Shown here: piece after piece, positions 1-7,977 of the stretch
Position numbering within the stretch: the stretch's first letter is position 1
How the letters are laid out: each line of letters opens with the position of its first letter
Assembly (NCBI GenBank): GCA_001695645.1
Contig: LVZN01000006.1
Coordinates: 1-32,000, forward strand
DNA from: Erysipelotrichaceae bacterium MTC7
Lineage (GTDB): Bacteria > Bacillota_I > Bacilli_A > Erysipelotrichales > Erysipelotrichaceae
Reading direction: 5' to 3'
DNA length: 32,000 nt
The notes under the pieces: generated by a model
The model's database searches: none
The model's input: only the letters and a program-made list of their open reading frames with translations
What the model was told of the DNA's origin: nothing
Translations under genes and position numbers: made by a program

Positions 1-62
1 AGTTTAACATATACAATTAAAAAAACTGTGAAGCAGAGCCGTACGCTCTCTACTTACACAGT

Positions 63-278
63 TTATTTTACACTCCCCACCAACCACAACAAGTGCTTCC
101 TTGGTTCTTTTTTGGGTTTAATAACCGGTTCAATTCGAATGCTCTTTCCTTCAATTCGAACAAATGCATCTTGTCCATCTTGCATTTCAAGTCGTTGCAT
201 CACTTCATTTGGTAACTCCAACTGACGCACCGGTTCTTCAACTTGTTGTTTTGTTTTTCGTTTCTTAAATAGTTGCAT
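63..278 (-). CDS. small AbrB/MazE/SpoVT-like DNA-binding protein (71 aa)
   Basis: ATG at 278 with AAGGGGT about 7 nt upstream. The segment LELPNEVMQRLEMQDGQDAFVRIEGKSIRIEPV resembles the swapped-hairpin AbrB/SpoVT signature. The assignment rests on this motif only. Confidence 0.45.
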   Translation of the reverse strand: MQLFKKRKTKQQVEEPVRQLELPNEVMQRLEMQDGQDAFVRIEGKSIRIEPVIKPKKEPRKHLLWLVGSVK

Positions 279-323
279 AATTATACCCCTTATGTATTTT
301 TCATTATAGCAAACGCACTGTGT

Positions 324-358
324 AAAACAAAATAAGAGCCACTTTAGTGACTCTTATT
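324..358 (-). terminator. rho-independent terminator of htpG
   Basis: Minus-strand RNA AAUAAGAGUCAC-UAAA-GUGGCUCUUAUU forms a 12-bp stem with one G-U pair, followed by UUGUUUU. It begins 6 nt after the htpG stop codon. Confidence 0.7.
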
Positions 359-363
359 TTGTT

Positions 364-2262
364 TTACGCATTTGCTTTTACAATTAATTTTGCGATTTTA
401 TCAGCATATGCGATAGGGTCTTCAATTTTAAAACCTTCCATCAACAATGCTTGATCATATAGAATGCTTGCATAATCAGCAATTTCATCTTTATTTTTTG
501 CATATACATTTTGCAATGCTTTAAACAAGTCGTGATTTGGATTAATTTCTAAAATCTTTGTTGCTTTCATACCCATTGGATTCCCCTCAGGCATTTGACT
601 CAAGACTTTTTCCATTTCAAATGACATACCATCTGCTGCACTTAATACCACTGGGTGTGATACCAAACGTGCAGATAATTTAACTTCTGAAACTTGGTCT
701 TTTAAAGCATCTTGCAGTGCTTCAAGTAAGTCTTTGTTTTCCTTACTTTCTGCTTCAAGTTTTTTCTTTTCATCTTCATCAGTTAAATCTAAGTCCCCTT
801 GCGCAATATTCTTGAATGTTTTTTCTTTAAAGTTTTGCATCATTTGTAATGCAAATTCATCCACATCATCACTCAAGTATAAAACTTCATATTCCTTATT
901 TTTAAGTAGTTCAACTTGCGGCATTTTATCAATGCTATCAACGTCATCTCCACTGATATAGTATATTTCTTTTTGATCTTCTTTCATTCGACTTACGTAT
1001 TCATCCAATGTAACCAGTTTCTTTTCTTTAGATGAATAGAACATCAATAAATCTTGTAGCAATTCTTTGTGTGAACCGAAATCTGCGTATACACCATATT
1101 TGATTTGTGTTCCAAACGCACTCCAGAACTGTTCATACTTTTCACGATCCGTACGTAACATCTTCAACAATTCACTTTTGATTTTCTTTTCAATACGTGA
1201 AGCAATTGCACGTAATTGACGGTCATGTTGCAACATCTCTCTTGAAATGTTTAACGATAAATCTTGAGAATCAACCAATCCTCTAACAAATCTAAAGTGT
1301 TCAGGGATAAGTTCACTTGCTTTATCCATAATGAATACACCAGATGAGTATAACCGCAATCCTTTTTCATAATCATTTGAATAGTAGTTCATTGGTGGTT
1401 TACTTGGAATAAACAACAATGCATCATATGACACTGTACCTTCCACACTTGTATGAATGACATCAAGTGGTTTGTTGTAGTCTTGGAATTTATCCATGTA
1501 GAAGTTGTCATATTCTTCTTCACTGATTTCACTTTTATTACGTTTCCAAATAGGAACCATAGAGTTCAACGTTTTATCTTCAACGACTGTTTCTACTTCA
1601 TCACTATCTTCTTTTTTCTTTTCTTCGGTTACTTGCATCACGATTGGATAACGAATGTAATCCGAGTATTTTTTGATGAGTCGTTCAATGGTATACGTTT
1701 CTAAATATTCATCGTAGTTTTCATCATCTGTATTAGGTTTTAAGAATAAGGTGATTTCTGTACCATGACCATCTTTACCATAGTCAATGATTTCATATCC
1801 ATCACTGTTTTCGCTATACCAACGGTACGCTTTATCACTACCGTATTGTTTTGAAATCACTTCGACTTTATCTGCAACCATAAAGGCAGAATAGAACCCT
1901 ACCCCAAATTGTCCGATGATATCGATTTCTTCATCTTTATCATGTTCCGCTTTAAAATCAAACGATCCTGATTTTGCAATGGTACCAAGGTTATTTTCAA
2001 GTTCTTCTTTACTCATACCAATCCCATTATCACGAATGGTAAGTGTACGATTGTCTTTATCTACTGAAAGTTCAATTTTTAAATCTTCTTTCTTCACATC
2101 AGATAAGTTTTCTTTTAATGCCTTGTAGTAAAGTTTATCAATTGCATCTGATGCATTTGAAATTAATTCACGTAGAAATATTTCTTTATGTGTATAAATA
2201 GAGTTAATCATTAAGTCCATGAGTCGTTTGGACTCTGCTTTAAACGCTTTCTTTTTTGCCAT
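364..2262 (-). CDS. htpG: molecular chaperone HtpG (Hsp90 family)
   Basis: The N-terminal GHKL ATPase motifs are present (ELISNASDAIDK, IRDNGIGM, IGQFGVGFYS), and the length is full for bacterial Hsp90. I chose the ATG at 2262 (MAKKKAFKAE) because GGAGG lies 7 nt upstream. The GTG at 2280 in the ORF track overlaps that RBS. Confidence 0.95.
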   Translation of the reverse strand: MAKKKAFKAESKRLMDLMINSIYTHKEIFLRELISNASDAIDKLYYKALKENLSDVKKEDLKIELSVDKDNRTLTIRDNGIGMSKEELENNLGTIAKSGSFDFKAEHDKDEEIDIIGQFGVGFYSAFMVADKVEVISKQYGSDKAYRWYSENSDGYEIIDYGKDGHGTEITLFLKPNTDDENYDEYLETYTIERLIKKYSDYIRYPIVMQVTEEKKKEDSDEVETVVEDKTLNSMVPIWKRNKSEISEEEYDNFYMDKFQDYNKPLDVIHTSVEGTVSYDALLFIPSKPPMNYYSNDYEKGLRLYSSGVFIMDKASELIPEHFRFVRGLVDSQDLSLNISREMLQHDRQLRAIASRIEKKIKSELLKMLRTDREKYEQFWSAFGTQIKYGVYADFGSHKELLQDLLMFYSSKEKKLVTLDEYVSRMKEDQKEIYYISGDDVDSIDKMPQVELLKNKEYEVLYLSDDVDEFALQMMQNFKEKTFKNIAQGDLDLTDEDEKKKLEAESKENKDLLEALQDALKDQVSEVKLSARLVSHPVVLSAADGMSFEMEKVLSQMPEGNPMGMKATKILEINPNHDLFKALQNVYAKNKDEIADYASILYDQALLMEGFKIEDPIAYADKIAKLIVKANA

Positions 2263-2273
2263 TTCTATACCTC

Positions 2274-2300
2274 CTGGCACTCTACCTAAATAAGTGCTAA
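2274..2300 (-). promoter_or_regulatory. second, imperfect CIRCE-like operator at the htpG transcript start, overlapping the RBS
   Basis: The minus strand reads TTAGCACT-TATTTAGGTAG-AGTGCCAG. Architecture is 8+11+8 nt, the left arm is perfect, and the right arm matches AGTGCTAA at 6 of 8 positions. Confidence 0.5.
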
Positions 2301-2304
2301 TAGT

Positions 2305-2333
2305 ATTGTAATCATTTTGTTTAGCACTGTCAA
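2305..2333 (-). promoter_or_regulatory. sigma-A type promoter of htpG
   Basis: The minus strand reads TTGACA, a 17-nt spacer (GTGCTAAACAAAATGAT), then TACAAT, about 40 nt upstream of the ATG. Confidence 0.6.
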
Positions 2334-2347
2334 TATTTAAGTGCTAA
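2321..2347 (-). promoter_or_regulatory. CIRCE element (HrcA operator) overlapping the -35 box and spacer of the htpG promoter
   Basis: The minus strand reads TTAGCACT-TAAATATTGAC-AGTGCTAA. Both 8-nt arms match the CIRCE consensus TTAGCACTC-N9-GAGTGCTAA with correct spacing. Confidence 0.75.
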
Positions 2348-2371
2348 ATTTATAAGATTTCATGAAACATT

Positions 2372-2399
2372 CAAAAAGCAATCCAACCTATGGATTGCT
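2372..2399 (-). terminator. rho-independent terminator of the radical-SAM gene
   Basis: AGCAATCCA-(5 nt)-TGGATTGCT forms a perfect 9-bp stem followed on the minus strand by TTTTTG, starting 3 nt after the stop at 2403. Confidence 0.7.
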
Positions 2400-2402
2400 C
2401 GA

Positions 2403-3272
2403 TTAAAATAATGATAATTGTTCGACTTCAGGAGATACATCAAATTGATTCACAAAACCAAAGACTTCACGTAGATCATAGAGGATACCATGTGCTTTAC
2501 ATGTTTCTTTAAAAAGTTGCATCAATTCTTTATGATTGGGTGATCGTACTTCATAACTATTTCCATACGTTTTGATATATCGTTCTTTAAGTCCAGGAAA
2601 GTATTGATCCAGTTTTTCATAATAATATTCACGATTGCCCTCACGCAAAGTCATACCCATTTCAAAACAAACAATTCCTTTGACTTTTGCTTTGATGCAA
2701 TATTCAAGAATATCCATTACGTTTTCTTTGGTGTCGTTAATAAAAGGTAGTATGGGCCCTAACCAAACAACCGTTGGAATGCCTGCATCACGTAGTGTAT
2801 AAAGTACCTGTACACGTTCTTTTGTTGTGCTGACATTTGGCTCTACGATTTTACATAATTCTACATCAAAAGTCGTTAGTGTCATCTGTACAACAGCACG
2901 TGTTTTCTGATGCAGTTTTTTAAGCAAATCAAGATCACGTAATACCCGATCACTTTTCGTAATCAAGGTAAAACCAAAACCGTAGTCGTAAGCAAGTTGC
3001 ATTGCCTTACGTACATATTGAAATTGCATTTCCAACGGAATGTATGGATCACTCATCGACCCTGTACCTAGCATTCCTTTTTTGCGTTTACTTTTTAATT
3101 TCTGTTCGAGAAGCTCTAGACCATTTTCTTTTACTTCGATATCTTCAAAGTCATGTTCGATATGATAACACGCACTTCTAGAGTCACAGTAAATACAACC
3201 ATGGCTACATCCTCGATACAAATTCATTCCATTTCTTGGAGATAATATCCCTTTTACTTTGACCTTATGCAT
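2403..3272 (-). CDS. radical SAM protein (SplB / DNA-photolyase-like, COG1533-type)
   Basis: The CSHGCIYC motif (CxxxCxxC) lies near the N-terminus, preceded by NLYRGC. Size is about 289 aa. Confidence 0.8.
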   Translation of the reverse strand: MHKVKVKGILSPRNGMNLYRGCSHGCIYCDSRSACYHIEHDFEDIEVKENGLELLEQKLKSKRKKGMLGTGSMSDPYIPLEMQFQYVRKAMQLAYDYGFGFTLITKSDRVLRDLDLLKKLHQKTRAVVQMTLTTFDVELCKIVEPNVSTTKERVQVLYTLRDAGIPTVVWLGPILPFINDTKENVMDILEYCIKAKVKGIVCFEMGMTLREGNREYYYEKLDQYFPGLKERYIKTYGNSYEVRSPNHKELMQLFKETCKAHGILYDLREVFGFVNQFDVSPEVEQLSLF

Positions 3273-3278
3273 ATCTCA

Positions 3279-3287
3279 ATTATAGCA
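3279..3287 (-). promoter_or_regulatory. extended -10 promoter (TGCTATAAT) placed 6 nt upstream of the radical-SAM ATG
   Basis: The minus strand reads TGCTATAAT-TGAGAT-ATG. There is no Shine-Dalgarno sequence between the promoter and the start codon. Confidence 0.45.
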
Positions 3288-3301
3288 TTGCTACAAGGTA
3301 A

Positions 3302-3330
3302 AGAAAAAAGTTTTAGCAAAAGCCAAAACT
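3302..3330 (-). terminator. rho-independent terminator of the MATE gene
   Basis: Minus-strand RNA AGUUUUGGC-UUUU-GCUAAAACU forms a 9-bp stem with one G-U pair, followed by UUUUUUC. It starts at the stop codon. Confidence 0.65.
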
Positions 3331-4667
3331 TAGGTCGTTGAAGTTGAAAGAACTTTAATAGTTTTCCACTTACCACGATAAAAACGAATAAATAAAACGA
3401 TCCCACGCACAGTAATATCAAGTGCGTAAGCTGACCAAACTCCAAGTAAACCTAAATTTGCGTATACCGCAAGAAGATAGCCGATACCCAAACGTATCCC
3501 CCAGATACCTACCAATGTTGTATACATCGGAAACTTGGTATCTCCTGCACCTTGTAAAGCATTGGTAATGATTTGAACAAGTGCAGAGAACGGTTGGAAA
3601 AAAGCAATCAAGCGAAGTACATCTACGACCATATGTTGAACTTCTAAAGTTGGTGTAAATAGTGCCGCGAGTTGTGGTGCAAATATATAGAATACGACAC
3701 CAATCACAAGCATAATCGTGACGGAAATACCATAACTAACATGTGTCAAATGCATCGCTTTTTGAGGATTGTGTTCACCTAAGGATGTGCCAACCAAAGT
3801 TGCAACTGCTAAACCAAACCCCATCGCCGGAATATAGGCATAGCTTTCTATCGTTCCTGCTACATTGTGTGCAACATAAGCAGACATCCCAATGGAAATA
3901 ATCATTCCATTGTATAGCAATTGGCCAATGCGCATAATGAGTTTTTCAGCACCGGCAGGAATTCCTACTGTTAAAATCGATGTTAGTATGTTTTTATGTA
4001 CTTTAAATTCTTTGAACGTAAACATAATGTTCGCATCATGTCCTTTGAGTTTCACAAACAACAGTAGAACACCAATAAAGCGTGCGATTGTTGTTGCTAG
4101 GCCAAGTCCAAATACACCCATCCCCATTTTAATAAACAAGGCATTTAAACCAATATTAATCACATTGGATATCCCGGTGGCAACCATCGGTGTACGTGTA
4201 TCTTTAATGGAACGAAAACAACTGGATAAAATTAACTGCAAACATAAAAAGATTGCAGGTACTGTAACAATGTAAAAGTATGGAAGCACATATGAAATCA
4301 CGCTTGCTTCGATACCAGAAATATGCAGAATTGGACGTGCAAATACAAAGCAAATCAAACCAACGACAAGGCCCAAGACAATTCCTATATCCAATGATTG
4401 GGTAATTGCCTTGTTGGTATTTTTATAATCCTTGCGTCCAAAATAACGCGAAACAATCGTACTCGTCCCTACACTAATTGCTGTAAAAAACGCAATAAAA
4501 ACATTCATCATCAAATTGGTCACACCAACCCCAGCAATGGCAACGTCATTTAATTGCCCTGCAAAATACGTATCTGCAGTTCCCAACAGTGTTTGAAGAA
4601 TGTTTTCGACAATAATAGGCAATGACAAAACCAACACATAGGTTATGTCACGCTTTAATCCCTTCAT
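3330..4667 (-). CDS. MATE family efflux transporter
   Basis: The protein is a 12-TM-like hydrophobic profile with a typical MATE N-terminus (LSLPIIVENILQTLLGTADTYFAG). I chose the ATG at 4667 (MKGLKRD) because GGGAGAGGA lies 5 nt upstream. The longer ORF-track start adds an unlikely extension. Confidence 0.88.
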   Translation of the reverse strand: MKGLKRDITYVLVLSLPIIVENILQTLLGTADTYFAGQLNDVAIAGVGVTNLMMNVFIAFFTAISVGTSTIVSRYFGRKDYKNTNKAITQSLDIGIVLGLVVGLICFVFARPILHISGIEASVISYVLPYFYIVTVPAIFLCLQLILSSCFRSIKDTRTPMVATGISNVINIGLNALFIKMGMGVFGLGLATTIARFIGVLLLFVKLKGHDANIMFTFKEFKVHKNILTSILTVGIPAGAEKLIMRIGQLLYNGMIISIGMSAYVAHNVAGTIESYAYIPAMGFGLAVATLVGTSLGEHNPQKAMHLTHVSYGISVTIMLVIGVVFYIFAPQLAALFTPTLEVQHMVVDVLRLIAFFQPFSALVQIITNALQGAGDTKFPMYTTLVGIWGIRLGIGYLLAVYANLGLLGVWSAYALDITVRGIVLFIRFYRGKWKTIKVLSTSTT

Positions 4668-4760
4668 TTGATCCTCTCCCTTTTCTATCTCTTCCTTCAT
4701 ATGAAACATATCATGAACCCTTAGTTTTGCAAAGACATACACATGTAAAAGTACCCAAAC

Positions 4761-4787
4761 AAAAAGGAACACCCATCTGGATGCTCC
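4761..4787 (-). terminator. probable terminator after the 175-aa ORF
   Basis: Minus-strand RNA GGAGCAUCC..GGGUGUUCC forms a stem with two G-U pairs, followed by UUUUUG. Confidence 0.5.
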
Positions 4788-4799
4788 ATCATATACAGT

Positions 4800-5327
4800 T
4801 TAATTTGTTTTTTTGCTGTGTAACATGACAAACTCTTGCCATGGTGTCACAAAGCTAAGTTCTTTTGGATCAAATGGTTTCATTCCTTCCACTACACTGT
4901 TTGCATACTCTGTTGATGTGAAAATTGGATCTCCCATCTTTCTCGATTTAAAGACACTGATAACTTTTCCTTGTTCCAACAACAAACCCATCAATAAATG
5001 TGCAGTAACTTTTACTTTTCCTTCGGTGTATTGATTCACTTCCCCAAGGATTTTCTTAATGGTGTCACGCACTTGATACTCATCCATGTTGTCTTTTAAT
5101 AAAACAAAGTATTGTCCATCCAATTGGACGATTTCTGGACGATACAAAATATGTAAACTCTCAATTAAGCCGTGTACTTCACGTTCAATGAAGTTGATGT
5201 ACGATTCACGCAGTTCATCTGTGGCAAAGTTTTCTTTACCTTCAAACACGAAGTTCACAAGATATGCTGCTTCACTACTTTTAAACCCACGAGGCACTTG
5301 TGCAATTTCTAAAATTGGATATTTCAT
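4800..5327 (-). CDS. hypothetical protein (175 aa), translationally coupled to the upstream Cof phosphatase
   Basis: The ATG at 5327 overlaps the Cof stop codon (ATGA), and AAGGAG lies 7 nt upstream. I recognise no family motif. Confidence 0.7.
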   Translation of the reverse strand: MKYPILEIAQVPRGFKSSEAAYLVNFVFEGKENFATDELRESYINFIEREVHGLIESLHILYRPEIVQLDGQYFVLLKDNMDEYQVRDTIKKILGEVNQYTEGKVKVTAHLLMGLLLEQGKVISVFKSRKMGDPIFTSTEYANSVVEGMKPFDPKELSFVTPWQEFVMLHSKKTN

Positions 5328-6139
5328 TTTTGCTCCTTTAATACAAAGTTTTCAATGGCGTATGCTACACCACTTTCATCGTTCGATAATGTAACTTTGT
5401 CGACTTTTTCTTTAACAGCATCTGGTGCGTTTTTCATCGCAACACTTAATCCAGCAACTTCAAACATCGGCAAGTCATTGAAGTTATCACCAATACAAAC
5501 CACATCAGCTAAATCAATCCCTAAATCTTCACAAACCGCTTTGATTGCCAACCCCTTGCTTGTATCTATACTTGATACTTCAAAGTAATCCGGATAACGA
5601 TACATACGAATACCTTCAATTTTAGCAACTTCATCTGCCATTTTGTTTAATGCATCAATGTCATCTTGTAGTGCGATGATTTTTAAATATTCTGCATCAT
5701 GTTCTAAGATGCGTTTCGTATCTACGCTGTAATACATATCCATGCGATCTTTTTCTGGTGTTACTTCTTTGTATAAATCATAATCCAAGACACCTGGATC
5801 CGTTTTTGTACAAAGTGCTAAGTTTTTATTTTTAAAGTAGGTACGTACATTATAAGTTTCTGCTAGCTCTGCAATCTTATCTGCAGCTTTTGCGGGAATT
5901 GGGAATGTACGTGTTTTTCCAGCAACACGATAATACCCTCCATTAAATGTAATATGACTCATCTTAACTGAGATTTGATTCATAATACGAATCGTAAAAC
6001 AGTTGGGTCTTCCACTAACAATGGCAACTTCAATTCCTGCATCCAACGCTTCACGAATGGCGTGTTTGTTTTGGGGAGTGATAATACCACGGGTATTTAA
6101 CAGAGTTCCATCCAAATCGACACAAATTAATTTATACAT
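5324..6139 (-). CDS. Cof-type HAD-IIB family hydrolase (sugar-phosphate phosphatase-like)
   Basis: The N-terminal DxD motif is present in ICVDLDGTLLN, the C-terminal GDNFNDLPMF motif is present, and length is 271 aa. Confidence 0.9.
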   Translation of the reverse strand: MYKLICVDLDGTLLNTRGIITPQNKHAIREALDAGIEVAIVSGRPNCFTIRIMNQISVKMSHITFNGGYYRVAGKTRTFPIPAKAADKIAELAETYNVRTYFKNKNLALCTKTDPGVLDYDLYKEVTPEKDRMDMYYSVDTKRILEHDAEYLKIIALQDDIDALNKMADEVAKIEGIRMYRYPDYFEVSSIDTSKGLAIKAVCEDLGIDLADVVCIGDNFNDLPMFEVAGLSVAMKNAPDAVKEKVDKVTLSNDESGVAYAIENFVLKEQK

Positions 6140-6197
6140 AGTCCACCTTCTCTTTCTTTCCTAGTATAACAAAATTCAACAATAAATGCGCAGTGAA

Positions 6198-6824
6198 TTA
6201 ATGTTCTTGTCCACCCGTAACTTTGATATCCAATTGTCTTTGACGACATGTTTGGATGATTTGCATAGTTGCTTCTACCAAGTTGGATAATGACAATGAT
6301 GGTTGTTTATCTTGGCTGTCTAAATATGGAACATGAACAAAACCTGCGCGTGTTGATAACTTGTACGTTTCAATGAAGTATAACACCTCATACATCACAT
6401 GATTGCATACATAAGTTCCTGCACTGTTAGAAACCATTGCCTCAAAGTGCTTGGCTTGTAAATCCTCAACAATCGCTTTGATCGGTAAAGTTGCAAAATA
6501 CGCATTTTTACCACGAGTTTCAATTGGTTCATCGATTGGTTGATGTCCATCATTATCCATAATGCGATAATCATCAATATTGATTGCCACACGCTCGATG
6601 CGAAGCCCGCTTGCTCCACCAGCTAAACCAAAACAGATGATATAGTCGTAGTTTTGTTTCACTGCAGCTTTTAAGATGTCGTGCGTTTTGCACCCTACCA
6701 CTGGCAGCAACAAAGTATCGATCTTGGTTGACTGTATTTCTTTGGGTAATTGTTTCAACAATTCTTCTGTTGGATTGATTGCATCATTTCCAAACGCTTC
6801 AAATCCTGTAACTAATATTTTCAT
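6198..6824 (-). CDS. pcp: pyroglutamyl-peptidase I
   Basis: MKILVTGFEAFG is the typical N-terminus, and the catalytic Cys context SNSAGTYVCNHVMY is present. I chose the ATG at 6824 because GAGGT lies upstream. Confidence 0.9.
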   Translation of the reverse strand: MKILVTGFEAFGNDAINPTEELLKQLPKEIQSTKIDTLLLPVVGCKTHDILKAAVKQNYDYIICFGLAGGASGLRIERVAINIDDYRIMDNDGHQPIDEPIETRGKNAYFATLPIKAIVEDLQAKHFEAMVSNSAGTYVCNHVMYEVLYFIETYKLSTRAGFVHVPYLDSQDKQPSLSLSNLVEATMQIIQTCRQRQLDIKVTGGQEH

Positions 6825-6956
6825 CTTTACCTCATACGTTATGTTTCTTACGTCGGATGCATGCATTTTATATTTCATCCAACACTACACCTTACAACAT
6901 GTAGTTATTTTATTCATACTATATCATACTCATTTATCGCTTTGATACCGTATTCG

Positions 6957-6987
6957 CAAAAGAAAAGCCATAGATTTCTCTATAGCT
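6957..6987 (-). terminator. rho-independent terminator of the citrate synthase-IDH operon
   Basis: Minus-strand RNA AGCUAUAGA-GAAA-UCUAUGGCU forms a 9-bp stem with one G-U pair, followed by UUUCUUUUG. It overlaps the IDH stop codon. Confidence 0.6.
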
Positions 6988-7975
6988 TTGCAATAATTGC
7001 ATCTGTAAATTCTGTCGTAGAAGCAGTTCCACCAATATCGGCTGTACGAACACTTCCTTCTTTTAACACTTCATCAATGGCGTTGCGAATTTTTGTCGCT
7101 TGGTTGCGGTAGTCTAAGTAATCTAACATCAAACATGCTGCAAGTAATAACGCTAGCGGGTTTGCTTTGTTTTGACCAGCAATGTCTGGTGCACTTCCAT
7201 GCACTGCTTCAAACATCGCAAAGTCTTCCCCTAAGTTTGCACTTGGTAACAATCCAAGTCCACCGATCAGACCACTTGTAAGATCACTTACAATATCTCC
7301 ATACAAGTTTGGCATGACCATAATGTCAAACTGTTCTGGTTTCATCACGAGTTGCATACATGTGTTATCAACAATCATGGTGTTTGCTTCAATTTGTGGA
7401 TAGTCTTTCGCTACCTCATTAAATACACTTAAGAACAATCCATCACTTAGCTTTAAGATGTTTGCTTTGTGTACACATGTTACTTTTTTACGTCCATTTG
7501 CCACAGCGTATGCAAAGGCAGCTTTGGCAATGTTGGTACTCGCTTCACGTGTAATCAATTTGATTGCATGTACGGTATTCTCATCAATTTGTACTTCTTC
7601 TCCAATGTATAAATCTTCGGTATTTTCTCTGAAGGTAATAATATCGATATTCTTAAATGGTGTATCGATGTTAGGCAAGCTTTTTGCTGGTCGAATGTTT
7701 TGGTACAGGTTGTATTTGTTACGTAATTGTACATTTAAACTTTTAAACCCTTTTCCAATTGGTGTTGTAATTGGTGCCTTCAATACAATTTTGTTTTTTT
7801 CAATTGAGTCAAAGACTGCTTGCGGAATTAATTCTCCACACGCTTCGTAACAAGCTTCTCCTACTTCATACATTTCAAAATTCAAATCTAAATCCAATGT
7901 TTCAAGGACACGAACAACTTCTAAACAAATCTCAGGTCCAATACCATCACCTTTTAAAACTGTAATATTTTTCAT
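6980..7975 (-). CDS. icd: NAD-dependent isocitrate dehydrogenase (isocitrate/isopropylmalate dehydrogenase family)
   Basis: The family motif NLYGDIVSDLTSGLIGGLGLLPSANLG is present and length is 331 aa. The gene sits 2 nt downstream of citrate synthase and opposite aconitase. Confidence 0.85.
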   Translation of the reverse strand: MKNITVLKGDGIGPEICLEVVRVLETLDLDLNFEMYEVGEACYEACGELIPQAVFDSIEKNKIVLKAPITTPIGKGFKSLNVQLRNKYNLYQNIRPAKSLPNIDTPFKNIDIITFRENTEDLYIGEEVQIDENTVHAIKLITREASTNIAKAAFAYAVANGRKKVTCVHKANILKLSDGLFLSVFNEVAKDYPQIEANTMIVDNTCMQLVMKPEQFDIMVMPNLYGDIVSDLTSGLIGGLGLLPSANLGEDFAMFEAVHGSAPDIAGQNKANPLALLLAACLMLDYLDYRNQATKIRNAIDEVLKEGSVRTADIGGTASTTEFTDAIIAKL

Positions 7976-7977
7976 CT

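Noticed and set aside
63-278. AbrB/MazE-like small protein as the antitoxin of a toxin-antitoxin pair
   Set aside because: No partner toxin ORF is visible. Only 62 nt remain downstream before the window edge, and htpG lies upstream behind a terminator. A standalone AbrB-type regulator is equally likely.
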